This document shows positions 8,155 through 16,804 of a stretch of 52,671 bases of DNA, one piece after another. Source of the stretch: a virus; IMG/VR virus record IMGVR_UViG_3300050821_015011. The stretch is one strand, 5' to 3'. The position numbers were made by a program, and so were the translations under genes. Under the pieces are notes generated by a model that was given only the letters and a program-made list of their open reading frames with translations, was not told where the DNA came from and did not search any database. The first letter of the stretch is position 1; every line of letters begins with the position of its first letter.

Positions 8155-8555
8155 ACTACAAGCAGACAGCTCCCTGCGACCTTTGCCCTTTCCGTCGTGA
8201 CAGCAAGGGCCTGAGGCTGACGCCGGCCAGGGCTCGTGAATTCGGGCTAATGATGCTGAGCAACCCGGGGTCCGAGTTCGTCTGTCACAAGACGGCGAAG
8301 CTCGACGAGGACGAAGACGGCATCGGCGATTATGTGGATGCTGGAGAGGTCAGCGCTCATTGTGCTGGCGCGCTGATCTTTGCCGAAAAGAATGGCCGTG
8401 CTACCCAGATGATGCGCATCGCTGAGCGCCTTGGCATGTACGATCATAGAAAGCTAAAAGGTCACGAACAGGTCTTCGACAATCTCGACGAGATGGTGGA
8501 AGCTCAGGACAAGCCTCTGCCCAAGGCTCCGCGCCGCAAGAGATCAAAGAAATGA
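8151..8555 (+). CDS. hypothetical protein with CxxC plus basic tail (134 aa)
   Basis: GTGA overlap. CDLCPF..CHKT. Confidence 0.45.
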   Translation: MNYKQTAPCDLCPFRRDSKGLRLTPARAREFGLMMLSNPGSEFVCHKTAKLDEDEDGIGDYVDAGEVSAHCAGALIFAEKNGRATQMMRIAERLGMYDHRKLKGHEQVFDNLDEMVEAQDKPLPKAPRRKRSKK

Positions 8556-8791
8556 ACCGAGCCGAACTAAAAAAGCTTCGTCATGCCTTCAAGGCCGGCG
8601 ATATCATCACCTGGGGATTGGGCCGGATATCCCACAGGGTGCTTGAAGTCCGAATGGACGGAGTAGTGGTAGATGCCACGTCTGCTGGCTTCGGGAAGCT
8701 TTTTGTATCGTTCGACAAGAACAATCGCGATCCAAATGGGCGTGGCCCCATTCGTCACTCGACTGATGAACCAGACAAGAAAAGGCCGTAA
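8552..8791 (+). CDS. hypothetical protein (79 aa)
   Basis: ATGA overlap, operon context. Confidence 0.4.
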   Translation: MNRAELKKLRHAFKAGDIITWGLGRISHRVLEVRMDGVVVDATSAGFGKLFVSFDKNNRDPNGRGPIRHSTDEPDKKRP

Positions 8792-8826
8792 TGCGTCATT
8801 TGCCCATTCGTAGAACGGTCCAGGAG

Positions 8827-9510
8827 ATGACGATGAGCAAGCATATCGACACGGTCAAGCGCATCTTCAAGGAGCTGAGCGATAGGCACTTCAGCTCTGA
8901 GGAGTACCGCCAGCTCAGCTTTCATCCGGCCAAGGAGTGGCGCGGTCCGTATGGCGAAGGCGCAGACTGCACCGTCGTTATCGAGTGTGGCTTGTGGCAT
9001 GGCGCGATCAACGACGGCACCTTTGGCTGGCGCCCGCACACCGATCTCAATAAGACGCTGGCGCAGGCGGGCTTACAGTACGAACAGGGCACTGCCTGCA
9101 CGCTTCATATCTACGAAATGGATCTCAGCGAAAAGGCCGCGTATGAGCGCCGCAAGTCCGATCCGCTTCCTCTGCCGCCGAAGATGCCGGAGGGCTACAA
9201 GACGCTCCCAGAGTCCTTGAAGCAGCCGATGGAGCTGTGGCAGGCGGGTTTGCTCCCGCTGCCCACCGAGTACATTTCCTTCCACAACAACATCGCCGAG
9301 GAGAAGCTGGCGAAGCTGCCGCTTCAGGCGGTCATCAAGAAGTGGGTTGCCAGCGATGGCTGGTTGGACGGGATGCGCGTTCTCCACGCCAAGGTTGTCA
9401 CGAACAGCGACAAGGTGCTGACGCTCATCTATCACGACGGCAACCAGAACTTCATGGTGCAGTCGCCTTCCGGCGGCGCCGTTGCTCTCCACGACGAAGA
9501 CATCAAGTAA
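8827..9510 (+). CDS. hypothetical protein (about 227 aa)
   Basis: Motif-1 variant tcgtagaac at 8808-8816, then caggag Shine-Dalgarno, then ATG 8827. Confidence 0.5.
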   Translation: MTMSKHIDTVKRIFKELSDRHFSSEEYRQLSFHPAKEWRGPYGEGADCTVVIECGLWHGAINDGTFGWRPHTDLNKTLAQAGLQYEQGTACTLHIYEMDLSEKAAYERRKSDPLPLPPKMPEGYKTLPESLKQPMELWQAGLLPLPTEYISFHNNIAEEKLAKLPLQAVIKKWVASDGWLDGMRVLHAKVVTNSDKVLTLIYHDGNQNFMVQSPSGGAVALHDEDIK

Positions 9511-9540
9511 GTCAAGCTGCGTAATCAGTCGCCTCCTGCC

Positions 9541-9549
9541 TCGTACAAC
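9541..9549 (+). promoter_or_regulatory. motif-1 TCGTACAAC
   Basis: Followed by gggACAGGAGGcg and the ATG at 9563. Confidence 0.5.
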
Positions 9550-9562
9550 GGGACAGGAGGCG

Positions 9563-10846
9563 ATGTTCATGACCCCCAAAATGTTGCTTGGCTTTACCAC
9601 CGACGACGGTTCGCGCGTCGAGATGGGACTGGATGTCCTCAAGCGCCACATGCTGGCATTGGGCTCGTCCGGGTCGGGTAAGACCGCGCTGCTCAAGGTC
9701 TGCATCGAGGAGTGCGTTCGTCTTGGAATCCCCGCGATCCTTGTCGATCCGCAGGGTGATCTTGCGCCCTTGGGTTTGCGCGGATCGGATCCCGAGGCTG
9801 ATCCGACTATCGCCAACGATTACTTCTCGAAGGTGGATGTGAAGATCTGGACTCCCGCGTCCAAGGCGGGAATCCCGGTCTCGCTGGCACCGACCATCAA
9901 TGTCGTTGGCATGACCGATGACGAGGAGAAGATCAAGGTCTTCGGTGATGTGTCGAATGTTGTCGCTTCGCTGGCAGGCTATGATGTGCAGAAGGATGAT
10001 GGCCTGACCGCGGCGCTGGCGTTCTTTAACATCTTGGAGTACGCCGACAAGTTCGACTTGATCTGCGATACGCTGGCGGACTTTGTCCTGTTCCTATCGG
10101 ATCCCCCGCAGGAGCTGGCGGAGACCTTGGATCGGTTCTTCGACAAGAAGGCGCGTGCATCCGCAGCAAAGAAGTTACTGGTGCGCACGTCCGGTCCGTC
10201 GAAGCTGCTGTTCGAGCTGGGCAATGCGATCAATGTCGATGCGCTGCTTGGGCGTGACTCGTGCTCGGGCAAGGTTCGGGTATCGGTTATCTACCTGAAC
10301 ACGCTATCGACGGATGCGGAGAAGGAGGCGTTCATCGCTGTGCTGGCGAACGCGGTGTACGGCTGGATGCTTCAGCATCCGTCGCCGAACCTTCAGGCGA
10401 TGTTCTACATCGACGAGGTAGCGCCCTATTGCCCGCCTCAGAACAAGAAGCGTCCGGTCTGTAAGGAGCCGCTGATGAAGCTACTCCGTCAGGCGCGGAA
10501 GTACGGCGTCGGTTGTCTCCTTGGCACCCAGTCGTCGGGCGACTTGGACTACCAGGGCATGGGTCAGCTCGGAACGTGGGCAATTGGTTGTATCAAGCCG
10601 GAACAGGATCGGGCGAAAGTCGAGGCTGCGATCCGCGGCGACGATACGATCGAAGATCCTGACGCTCTCATCCGGGCGTTGCCCAACCTGGCCGAAGGAC
10701 AGTTCGTGTTGAGCAGCAAAGCGGTCTCGTCTGAGCCGATTCTGTTCAAGTCTCGTCGCCTGGTTTCGCAGCACCGGACGCTCCAGGCTTCGGAGGTGAA
10801 ATCCATCACTTCCAACGCTGACCGTCATCAGTACGGCGGCGTTTAA
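9563..10846 (+). CDS. HerA/FtsK-superfamily (DUF87-like) P-loop ATPase
   Basis: Walker A LALGSSGSGKTALL followed by ILVDPQGD (HerA-type DPxGE). Walker B FYIDEVAPY. GTQSSGDLD resembles the FtsK/HerA TQrp motif. TCGTACAAC at 9541-9549 plus ACAGGAGG Shine-Dalgarno. Confidence 0.65.
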   Translation: MFMTPKMLLGFTTDDGSRVEMGLDVLKRHMLALGSSGSGKTALLKVCIEECVRLGIPAILVDPQGDLAPLGLRGSDPEADPTIANDYFSKVDVKIWTPASKAGIPVSLAPTINVVGMTDDEEKIKVFGDVSNVVASLAGYDVQKDDGLTAALAFFNILEYADKFDLICDTLADFVLFLSDPPQELAETLDRFFDKKARASAAKKLLVRTSGPSKLLFELGNAINVDALLGRDSCSGKVRVSVIYLNTLSTDAEKEAFIAVLANAVYGWMLQHPSPNLQAMFYIDEVAPYCPPQNKKRPVCKEPLMKLLRQARKYGVGCLLGTQSSGDLDYQGMGQLGTWAIGCIKPEQDRAKVEAAIRGDDTIEDPDALIRALPNLAEGQFVLSSKAVSSEPILFKSRRLVSQHRTLQASEVKSITSNADRHQYGGV

Positions 10847-10935
10847 TCCCACTGTACCGCCCCTACAGTAGTCAACCAGACTTGTCAGTCTATCAAATCG
10901 TCATTATGTAAGCCTGATCCCAGGGGGATCTGACA

Positions 10936-11133
10936 ATGTCGACAAAAGCGACTATGCAGCACGCCATTGACCGAGTGTTCAGTGCGGTGATGGTTGAAGC
11001 GGCTCTCGTTCTGAGGGAGAATCTCCAGAACAATAAGACCTTATCAATCACGGATTTGCTTCGTGGTGTTCGTGACAAGATCAATGCGGAAGTAGGATCT
11101 GTTCCGATTCCCTGTAATACCGAACAAGGCTGA
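10936..11133 (+). CDS. hypothetical protein (65 aa)
   Basis: ORF track. Possible TTGTCA-N15-TCATTAT promoter upstream. Confidence 0.35.
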   Translation: MSTKATMQHAIDRVFSAVMVEAALVLRENLQNNKTLSITDLLRGVRDKINAEVGSVPIPCNTEQG

Positions 11134-11194
11134 TCGTACAACACAGCAAGAAGGATCGAACGGCTCGGGACGGAGGGTACCCGAGGGCAACAAG

Positions 11195-11590
11195 ATGGAG
11201 GAACCGATGGAAGCGAAGGAAGCGAAGTACAACTGGAACAGCAACGAGAAGCGTCTCCTGGAGACCCTGAAGCGCGCGCGCGGTCCGCTGCACCTGAGCG
11301 AGCTGGCCAAGCGGGCATTCGGTCCCCGCCGGCTGAAGAAGGAGAAGGCCAATAGCTGGGCGCGCAACAGCCTGCGTCGTCCCGTGAAGTTCCGCCTGGT
11401 CAAGCAGGTCGAGCGCGGCACCTACGAGTTCATCGGGACCAAGGGCAAGCCGACCAAGCGCAAGGCCAAGGCGGCGACGGCGATGAAGCGCCCGAAGAAG
11501 GCGACCAAGCCGGTGAAGTCGCAGCAGTCGAAGCAGGCGCCGGAGCAGGCGACGCCGGCCGCGGAGCAGAAGCCTTTGGTGACGGTGTGA
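11195..11590 (+). CDS. lysine-rich DNA-binding protein (winged-helix-like core plus histone-H1-like KPxK tail)
   Basis: ..LSELAKRAFGP..VKFRLVKQVERGTYEF, then KPTKRKAKAATAMKRPKKATKPVKSQQSKQAP. TCGTACAAC at 11134-11142 and a 5' UTR hairpin CTCGGG..CCCGAG. Confidence 0.45.
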   Translation: MEEPMEAKEAKYNWNSNEKRLLETLKRARGPLHLSELAKRAFGPRRLKKEKANSWARNSLRRPVKFRLVKQVERGTYEFIGTKGKPTKRKAKAATAMKRPKKATKPVKSQQSKQAPEQATPAAEQKPLVTV

Positions 11591-11613
11591 CCTGTGCCGT
11601 CCTCATCGGAAAT

Positions 11614-11649
11614 GGGTGAGCGTAGGATCAGATTCTCCTACGCTCACCC
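11614..11649 (+). terminator. 14-bp-stem hairpin (GGGTGAGCGTAGGA tcagattc TCCTACGCTCACCC), likely terminator
   Basis: Perfect inverted repeat 24 nt after the stop at 11590. No U-tract, so it would be an I-shaped or factor-dependent terminator. GGGTGAGCGTA recurs at 11806. Confidence 0.5.
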
Positions 11650-11901
11650 AGCTCTTGCGTACCTGCTAGCCTACGCTTATCCGGCTGAGATCCAAAGGGA
11701 GCTATCACCGCCTATGATGGCCCGACAGACGCGAGATGGGGGTAGGCGCTCCCGCGCGGATACTATGGTGTTCGGCAACATCGAGCATGCCTTTTGGGTC
11801 TCAGTCGGGTGAGCGTAATCAGAACCAACCAACCGCAAAGAATCAAGTAATCCGGCGGCGTGCTGGACGTACAACCAAGTATCAGGTAAGAGGAGAATGT
11901 C

Positions 11902-12186
11902 ATGGCCGCCAAGAAGTGTGTCCACGAGAATAGCTGTGCCCGTCGCGTCAACGAGCTGATGCACGCCATCAGCAACATCCTCATGGCGCGTAGCGAGGAG
12001 GCTGAGAAAGCAGGACAGGTCGAGAACGTTGCGGAGGTCCGTGCCCAGGCGACGGTCATGACTGCTCTGGCGGATCGCCTTCGAGAGACGATTCTTGATG
12101 CCGACATGGAGAACATTGACCGGATGGCCGATAGTGTCCTGGAGCAGATGAAGGCCAACGAGCAGCGCGCCCAGAACGCGAATTAG
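11902..12186 (+). CDS. hypothetical coiled-coil protein (94 aa)
   Basis: CTGGACGTACAAC (a fusion of both motifs) at 11863-11875, then taagaggag Shine-Dalgarno. Confidence 0.45.
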   Translation: MAAKKCVHENSCARRVNELMHAISNILMARSEEAEKAGQVENVAEVRAQATVMTALADRLRETILDADMENIDRMADSVLEQMKANEQRAQNAN

Positions 12187-12223
12187 GGTGTAATGCCGTC
12201 AGTCGGTAGCCGTATAACACCGT

Positions 12224-12496
12224 ATGGCCGACCATGGCATCATCTACGAACATACATCCCTCTATAAATCCTTTATCGGCAAACCGCTCAATGAAGTTCT
12301 ATCCGTCCTGCGACGGACTGGCTATCGGAAGATCTTGGACTTCAACAATGGCGCCCTTATCGCCAGTTGGTCATCGAATCAGAACGTCATGGTGGGGATC
12401 GAGAACGAGGTCTGCTTCTGCGTCCTAGTGACTGAAGGCCGGCGCTGTGCCATGTTCTCTGACGTGGGTAAGTCGACTTCGGATCACCTGCCGTGA
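12224..12496 (+). CDS. hypothetical protein (90 aa)
   Basis: ccgtataac at 12210-12218, 5 nt before the ATG. Confidence 0.45.
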   Translation: MADHGIIYEHTSLYKSFIGKPLNEVLSVLRRTGYRKILDFNNGALIASWSSNQNVMVGIENEVCFCVLVTEGRRCAMFSDVGKSTSDHLP

Positions 12497-12972
12497 AATG
12501 CAGGATCTTCTGCCACGATTTCTATCCCGTCATCCCCATTCCCCCATGGATGTCGATGTGGGGACATGCATTCCCTGTTTATGAGGAGATTGTCGATCCG
12601 TGTCGAGACTGCGGAACGCGCTCCCGCGCACGCTTGTATCGAGTTCGTAAAGGTTATGTGAATCACGAGTACCGCCAGGCCCATCGAGCGCCCTGCGGAG
12701 CGTGGTGCGCCTGGCATAGGGAGATTCAGAAACCGGAAGGCAAGCCGGCGCGATATCTCGAAATCAAAGATTTTCACTGCCACCGCGACGAGGACTTTTG
12801 TCCTAAATGCACCCCTCTTGTGGTTATTTTTGCCTGGCTTGCACGTGCGATCGAGCAACCAAGGCTCAAGAACAAGTGGCTTTCCGGCAAATACAGCCTA
12901 TTGGAACCTGATCCATCGGTAATCGTCGTCGAACCTACTCGTACAACTGGCCAGGAGAAAGAAAATGCCTGA
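12493..12972 (+). CDS. Cys/His-rich putative zinc-binding protein (159 aa)
   Basis: GTGA overlap. CRDCG..CGAWCAWH..CHRDEDFCPKC. Confidence 0.45.
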   Translation: MKCRIFCHDFYPVIPIPPWMSMWGHAFPVYEEIVDPCRDCGTRSRARLYRVRKGYVNHEYRQAHRAPCGAWCAWHREIQKPEGKPARYLEIKDFHCHRDEDFCPKCTPLVVIFAWLARAIEQPRLKNKWLSGKYSLLEPDPSVIVVEPTRTTGQEKENA

Positions 12973-13372
12973 CAAGAAGGTTCCCTACGGCGAGGCGATG
13001 TCCGCGGTTCTGAAGATGATCCGCGAGTCGAATATCCCGGGGTCGCGGACCCGCGATGATCAGATGGCCGCCGATGCCCTTGGCCTTGGGGCGGGGACTC
13101 GGTGCTACTGCGAGTGGCGCCTGGCGTTCGCCGTGCAGGTCACTCTCAGCATCCGTTTCGAGCTAGATTTAGACTCGATCCAGGGCGGCAACATGAAGAC
13201 CGCGAGGATCAACGGTTGCGTGGATGTGAGCGCCCCCAGCGTGAATACCGATATCACTAATGCTGCCGCATTCGGGGCGCTGTTCAAACGCGTCACGGAG
13301 CTGGGGCTGATGGTCAACGCGTATCTCGAAGGCATCGACATTCGTCATCCGATCCAGGAGGGGAAGAAGTAA
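12965..13372 (+). CDS. hypothetical protein (135 aa)
   Basis: Overlaps the upstream stop, operon context. Confidence 0.4.
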   Translation: MPDKKVPYGEAMSAVLKMIRESNIPGSRTRDDQMAADALGLGAGTRCYCEWRLAFAVQVTLSIRFELDLDSIQGGNMKTARINGCVDVSAPSVNTDITNAAAFGALFKRVTELGLMVNAYLEGIDIRHPIQEGKK

Positions 13373-13674
13373 TGTCCACGAAGAGAATCGTTGCGTATAT
13401 CCCGGAAGACGGCTTCATCAAAGGTTACGGCTACCGCGTATCCTTCGTCGAGGAGGGGACGGCAGGTCATATGCCGACGGGCGACTGGCCCTACACGGGT
13501 GCGCCAAGTCAGAAGATGCCTTGGTTCTGGGGGGAGAATCTCGAAGTTGCCCGGCAGTTGGCGAAGGAGTACAACGCCAAGCTCGGCGTGTCCGAAGAAG
13601 ACGCCTTCAAAATCGTCGCGCAGTCGATTGGTCTCCAGATGTCCAATGGCAAGTGGAGGCGGCATCAGGGCTGA
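13372..13674 (+). CDS. hypothetical protein (100 aa)
   Basis: TAATG overlap. gaggggaag Shine-Dalgarno. Confidence 0.45.
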   Translation: MSTKRIVAYIPEDGFIKGYGYRVSFVEEGTAGHMPTGDWPYTGAPSQKMPWFWGENLEVARQLAKEYNAKLGVSEEDAFKIVAQSIGLQMSNGKWRRHQG

Positions 13675-13689
13675 ATTACAGGGGGGAGT

Positions 13690-14043
13690 ATGATCAAGCT
13701 GTTGCTAGTGGAAGATGACCGAATAGTCATGATTCCAGTCAAGATGAGGCTGGAGAGGTCCGGCTTCGCTGTCCGGGTGGCTGGGAACGGTCAGGAGGCT
13801 CTGGAGTCAATCGCTGAACATGGCGAACCGGACGTGATCCTCCTTGATCTTCGGATGCCGATAATGGATGGGTACGAGTTCATGCGTACTTATCGGGGGG
13901 TGGCAAAGGTGATCATCCTGTCGGGGTGGGCCGACGAAGATCCCTCCAACATTCCCGGGAGTCCATTCGCCTTCATAGCGAAACCCTTTTCGTTTGATGA
14001 ATTGAAAGAGGTCATCCAGCAGGCGGTTTCCACGAACGGGTAA
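13690..14043 (+). CDS. single-domain response regulator (CheY-like receiver)
   Basis: LLVEDD acidic pocket, phospho-acceptor in ILLDLRMPIMDG, conserved AKPF lysine. gggggag Shine-Dalgarno. Confidence 0.8.
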   Translation: MIKLLLVEDDRIVMIPVKMRLERSGFAVRVAGNGQEALESIAEHGEPDVILLDLRMPIMDGYEFMRTYRGVAKVIILSGWADEDPSNIPGSPFAFIAKPFSFDELKEVIQQAVSTNG

Positions 14044-14054
14044 GGATCATAAGA

Positions 14055-14288
14055 ATGTCCAGACAATTGACCCGTAAGCTGAAGAAAGCAGTGCAGCATC
14101 GGCGCGGAGTCGAGCGGGAGCTGGACCACGCCATCACGGAGCAGATCAAAGCGGATCGTAATGTTCGCGAAATTCGCAAGAGGCTGATTCTCGCCAAGCG
14201 CGAAGAGGAAGCTGCCCATACAGCTCTGACAGAGGCCGGTCTTGACGAGCTGCATATCTCTCCTCTTATTCCCGAGAGACTCCCGTAA
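14055..14288 (+). CDS. hypothetical basic coiled-coil protein (77 aa)
   Basis: ORF track, operon context. Confidence 0.4.
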   Translation: MSRQLTRKLKKAVQHRRGVERELDHAITEQIKADRNVREIRKRLILAKREEEAAHTALTEAGLDELHISPLIPERLP

Positions 14289-14304
14289 TTTCTAACTCAT
14301 TTGG

Positions 14305-14313
14305 TCGTACAAC
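14305..14313 (+). promoter_or_regulatory. motif-1 TCGTACAAC
   Basis: Followed by aacccaggagagccag and the ATG at 14330. Confidence 0.5.
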
Positions 14314-14329
14314 AACCCAGGAGAGCCAG

Positions 14330-15034
14330 ATGCCGCGCAAGGATCCGGTCACGGGTTGTAACGTCATGACCACCGCAGAGTTCTTTGCCGACGAGGCAAA
14401 GCGCGAGGGCAAGGGCCGTTCTGGCGGGAAGCTGATGGACGAATTCATGGATGACATGGAGAAGGACCGCAAGGCAACGGAAGACCGTTTCCGCGAGCCC
14501 ATCGTCGCTCTCGACGTTCTCAAGAGCGCTATCGAGCGCGGGAACGACGGATCCGATGTGTTTTTTCCGCAGGTGGCCGAGGTTTTGGAAGTGCTAGAGG
14601 CGCAGTACAGCCAGTCAACACGCGATTCATCTCTCTGGTTGCGTGCTCGCTGCCGGCGCGTCGACGGAGTAGAGGACGTAGCATGTTTCGGGGAGTCTCA
14701 TAGCGCTGGTGGCCAGCTGGAGCCTCCCGACTACGACGAGAACTTCTACTGGGAAGGAATCGACGACGAGGGAGAAGCTGTCATCTGGCGTCATGTTTAT
14801 ACGATTGGCAAAGGCCTGGATGCGGACGCTCGCCGGAAAAAGTGCGAGTGGATGCTGAAGGCCATTCTCCAGGGTGGTATTCGCGTCCGTATCGTCAAGG
14901 GTCCATTCGAGAGCGCTGGTGACGATCTCCAGGTTTCTAAAAAGCATTACTCGGACGCAATGGCGGCGATAGGTCGGAAAATCATCAACCTCGATAGTCG
15001 TCACTCCCTCTTTGATTTTTTCCCGGAGCGCTAA
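14330..15034 (+). CDS. hypothetical protein (234 aa)
   Basis: TCGTACAAC at 14305-14313, then caggagag Shine-Dalgarno. Confidence 0.5.
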   Translation: MPRKDPVTGCNVMTTAEFFADEAKREGKGRSGGKLMDEFMDDMEKDRKATEDRFREPIVALDVLKSAIERGNDGSDVFFPQVAEVLEVLEAQYSQSTRDSSLWLRARCRRVDGVEDVACFGESHSAGGQLEPPDYDENFYWEGIDDEGEAVIWRHVYTIGKGLDADARRKKCEWMLKAILQGGIRVRIVKGPFESAGDDLQVSKKHYSDAMAAIGRKIINLDSRHSLFDFFPER

Positions 15035-15265
15035 ATGAACGAGCAGCTGAAGAAGATCATCAAGAAGATCAAGCACGGCGACGGTCTCAGCGATCAGGAG
15101 TTGGATCAGGCGCTCGAATTCTTCAAGGACATGGAGACCGGACTCGATCTGCTCGGGCCGACGTTCCACCATGCCTGGAAGGAGTGCTACAACATCGAAA
15201 TCATGCTCAAGGGCTTCAAGGAAGCTCGTGACCGTGAGCGCCAGGAGAAACCGCGCCCGGTGTAG
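15035..15265 (+). CDS. hypothetical protein (76 aa)
   Basis: TAAATG junction with the upstream gene. Confidence 0.4.
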   Translation: MNEQLKKIIKKIKHGDGLSDQELDQALEFFKDMETGLDLLGPTFHHAWKECYNIEIMLKGFKEARDRERQEKPRPV

Positions 15266-15315
15266 TTCCATGATCAAGCGACGGGAATGACGAGACTCAT
15301 CCGAGGGTGTGAACG

Positions 15316-15660
15316 ATGAAGGTCAATGAACTGATCGAGAAGTTGCAGGCGATGCCGCCCGACTCGGATGTCTTGTTCGACACTGAGGCGGCACAGTTTC
15401 ACATGCACATGGTGTCGGTGGACTCGGCATTCCACGAGGAGGAGCCGCGCCCGCACTGCGGCCTGCATACGAGCGATCCGCGCGAATACACCGGCGCGAG
15501 GGATCGCAAGCTCGCTGCGCTTATCACGGCGGCGGGGCCGATTCGAGACTACTTCGCCAAGCTCGCGGCGTGGAGCGGTGGGTGCGCGTTGCCGTCAGAT
15601 CCCACCGAAGGGCAAAAGCTCGACTTCGTGAATGCAGTAGACGCCGTGTGGCGCGGATGA
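15316..15660 (+). CDS. hypothetical protein (114 aa)
   Basis: ORF track. Confidence 0.4.
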   Translation: MKVNELIEKLQAMPPDSDVLFDTEAAQFHMHMVSVDSAFHEEEPRPHCGLHTSDPREYTGARDRKLAALITAAGPIRDYFAKLAAWSGGCALPSDPTEGQKLDFVNAVDAVWRG

Positions 15661-15734
15661 GAACTACCATTCCCGTCACGAATTGGGAGTCAACCGGATT
15701 AAGCATGGTTGCCAGTAATAATCACGCGGGTTAA

Positions 15735-15743
15735 TCGTACAAC
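15735..15743 (+). promoter_or_regulatory. motif-1 TCGTACAAC
   Basis: 5 nt before the ATG at 15749. Confidence 0.5.
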
Positions 15744-15748
15744 TTGAC

Positions 15749-16126
15749 ATGGCCCGGAAGACGGTATTCGCAGTCGGAGAGCGTTGGTTCTACACCAACA
15801 ATGCTTCGCCGGTGCCGTTCGAGTTCGTGATCGTCGGCTCGGGCAGTACGAAGGATCGTAAGCGGTGCCGGCTCGAAGTCATCAAGCATCCCGAGAAGTG
15901 TGACGGGAAGTTCCCCTGTCTCGGGGAGAGATGTTTCCACAATCACCAGGGTGACTATACGCGCAAGCACTTGCGCCGAGTGGCGAAGCATATCCTGCCT
16001 CCGACGGTCTATGAGGAACCATCAGGTGCTTTTGGTGACTCGTTGGAGGAAGAGTGGGCTCGTGATTTTTACGAGCTGGAACAGGCGATGGAAGCAGAGC
16101 TGGAACAGAGCGAAACCGAGGAGTGA
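15749..16126 (+). CDS. hypothetical Cys-containing protein (125 aa)
   Basis: TCGTACAAC at 15735-15743, 5 nt before the ATG. Confidence 0.5.
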   Translation: MARKTVFAVGERWFYTNNASPVPFEFVIVGSGSTKDRKRCRLEVIKHPEKCDGKFPCLGERCFHNHQGDYTRKHLRRVAKHILPPTVYEEPSGAFGDSLEEEWARDFYELEQAMEAELEQSETEE

Positions 16127-16800
16127 TCATGCGTGGATTGGTCGTGGGGATTCTGTGCTGCTTTGCTGTGTCCGGTTATGCCCGTACTTCCGGGGATAGT
16201 GCCAAAGCTCATTACGAGGCTGGGGAGGCCTACTACAGCTCGACTGACTATGCCAGCGCGCTGAAGGAATTCACAGCGTCCTACGGTCTGGAGCCGCGTT
16301 CAGCGCTCCTCTACGATATCGCTCGGTGTCACGAGGGTCTCGGTAACCTCGAAATGGCAGTGAACTATTTCGAGAGCTATCTGAACGCCAATTCGGCCGT
16401 CCCCGATCGGATGAATATCGAGCAGCATATCGCGAATCTCAAGGATCGGATCCAGCCGGAGCAGAAAGTGGAGCCCAAGCCGGTACCGCCTCCCGTGGTG
16501 GTCGTGCAGCCTGCCCCGCCGGCTCCTGTGCGTCGCCACAAATCCTATAAGCTCGCATGGGCGCTCGGTGGTACTGGTCTTGTTTTGACATTGGCTGGCG
16601 TGGGAACCGGAGCGTACAGCCTGGCGACGTACAACAGCCTCGCTGGGAGCTGCAAGAATTTCATTTGCAGCCCAAGCTACAGCGACAAGAGGGACTCCGG
16701 TGCTGCTGCCGGTCTTGCGACCGACATCTTGCTTCCTGTCGGAATCGGTGTGATGGGAGCAGGCCTGATCACTTTCATCGTCGAGAAAACGAAGCGTTAG
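16123..16800 (+). CDS. secreted/membrane TPR-like protein with Pro-rich linker and C-terminal TM segments
   Basis: Signal-like N-terminus, TPR-like helices (AHYEAGEAYY..ALKEF, LLYDIARCHEGLGNLEMAVNYFESYL), PKPVPPPVVVVQPAPPAP linker, hydrophobic C-terminus. Confidence 0.5.
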   Translation: MIMRGLVVGILCCFAVSGYARTSGDSAKAHYEAGEAYYSSTDYASALKEFTASYGLEPRSALLYDIARCHEGLGNLEMAVNYFESYLNANSAVPDRMNIEQHIANLKDRIQPEQKVEPKPVPPPVVVVQPAPPAPVRRHKSYKLAWALGGTGLVLTLAGVGTGAYSLATYNSLAGSCKNFICSPSYSDKRDSGAAAGLATDILLPVGIGVMGAGLITFIVEKTKR

Positions 16801-16804
16801 CGTC

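Noticed and set aside
9073-9816. 247-aa minus-strand ORF overlapping 8827-9510 and the 5' end of the HerA-like gene
   Set aside because: It lies antisense to two well-supported plus-strand genes (motif-1 promoters, Walker A in frame) and is Arg-rich low-complexity sequence.
10850-10935. GACTTGTCAGTC near 10890 as a palindromic operator
   Set aside because: On checking, the 12-mer is not self-complementary. Only a possible weak TTGTCA-N15-TCATTAT promoter remains.
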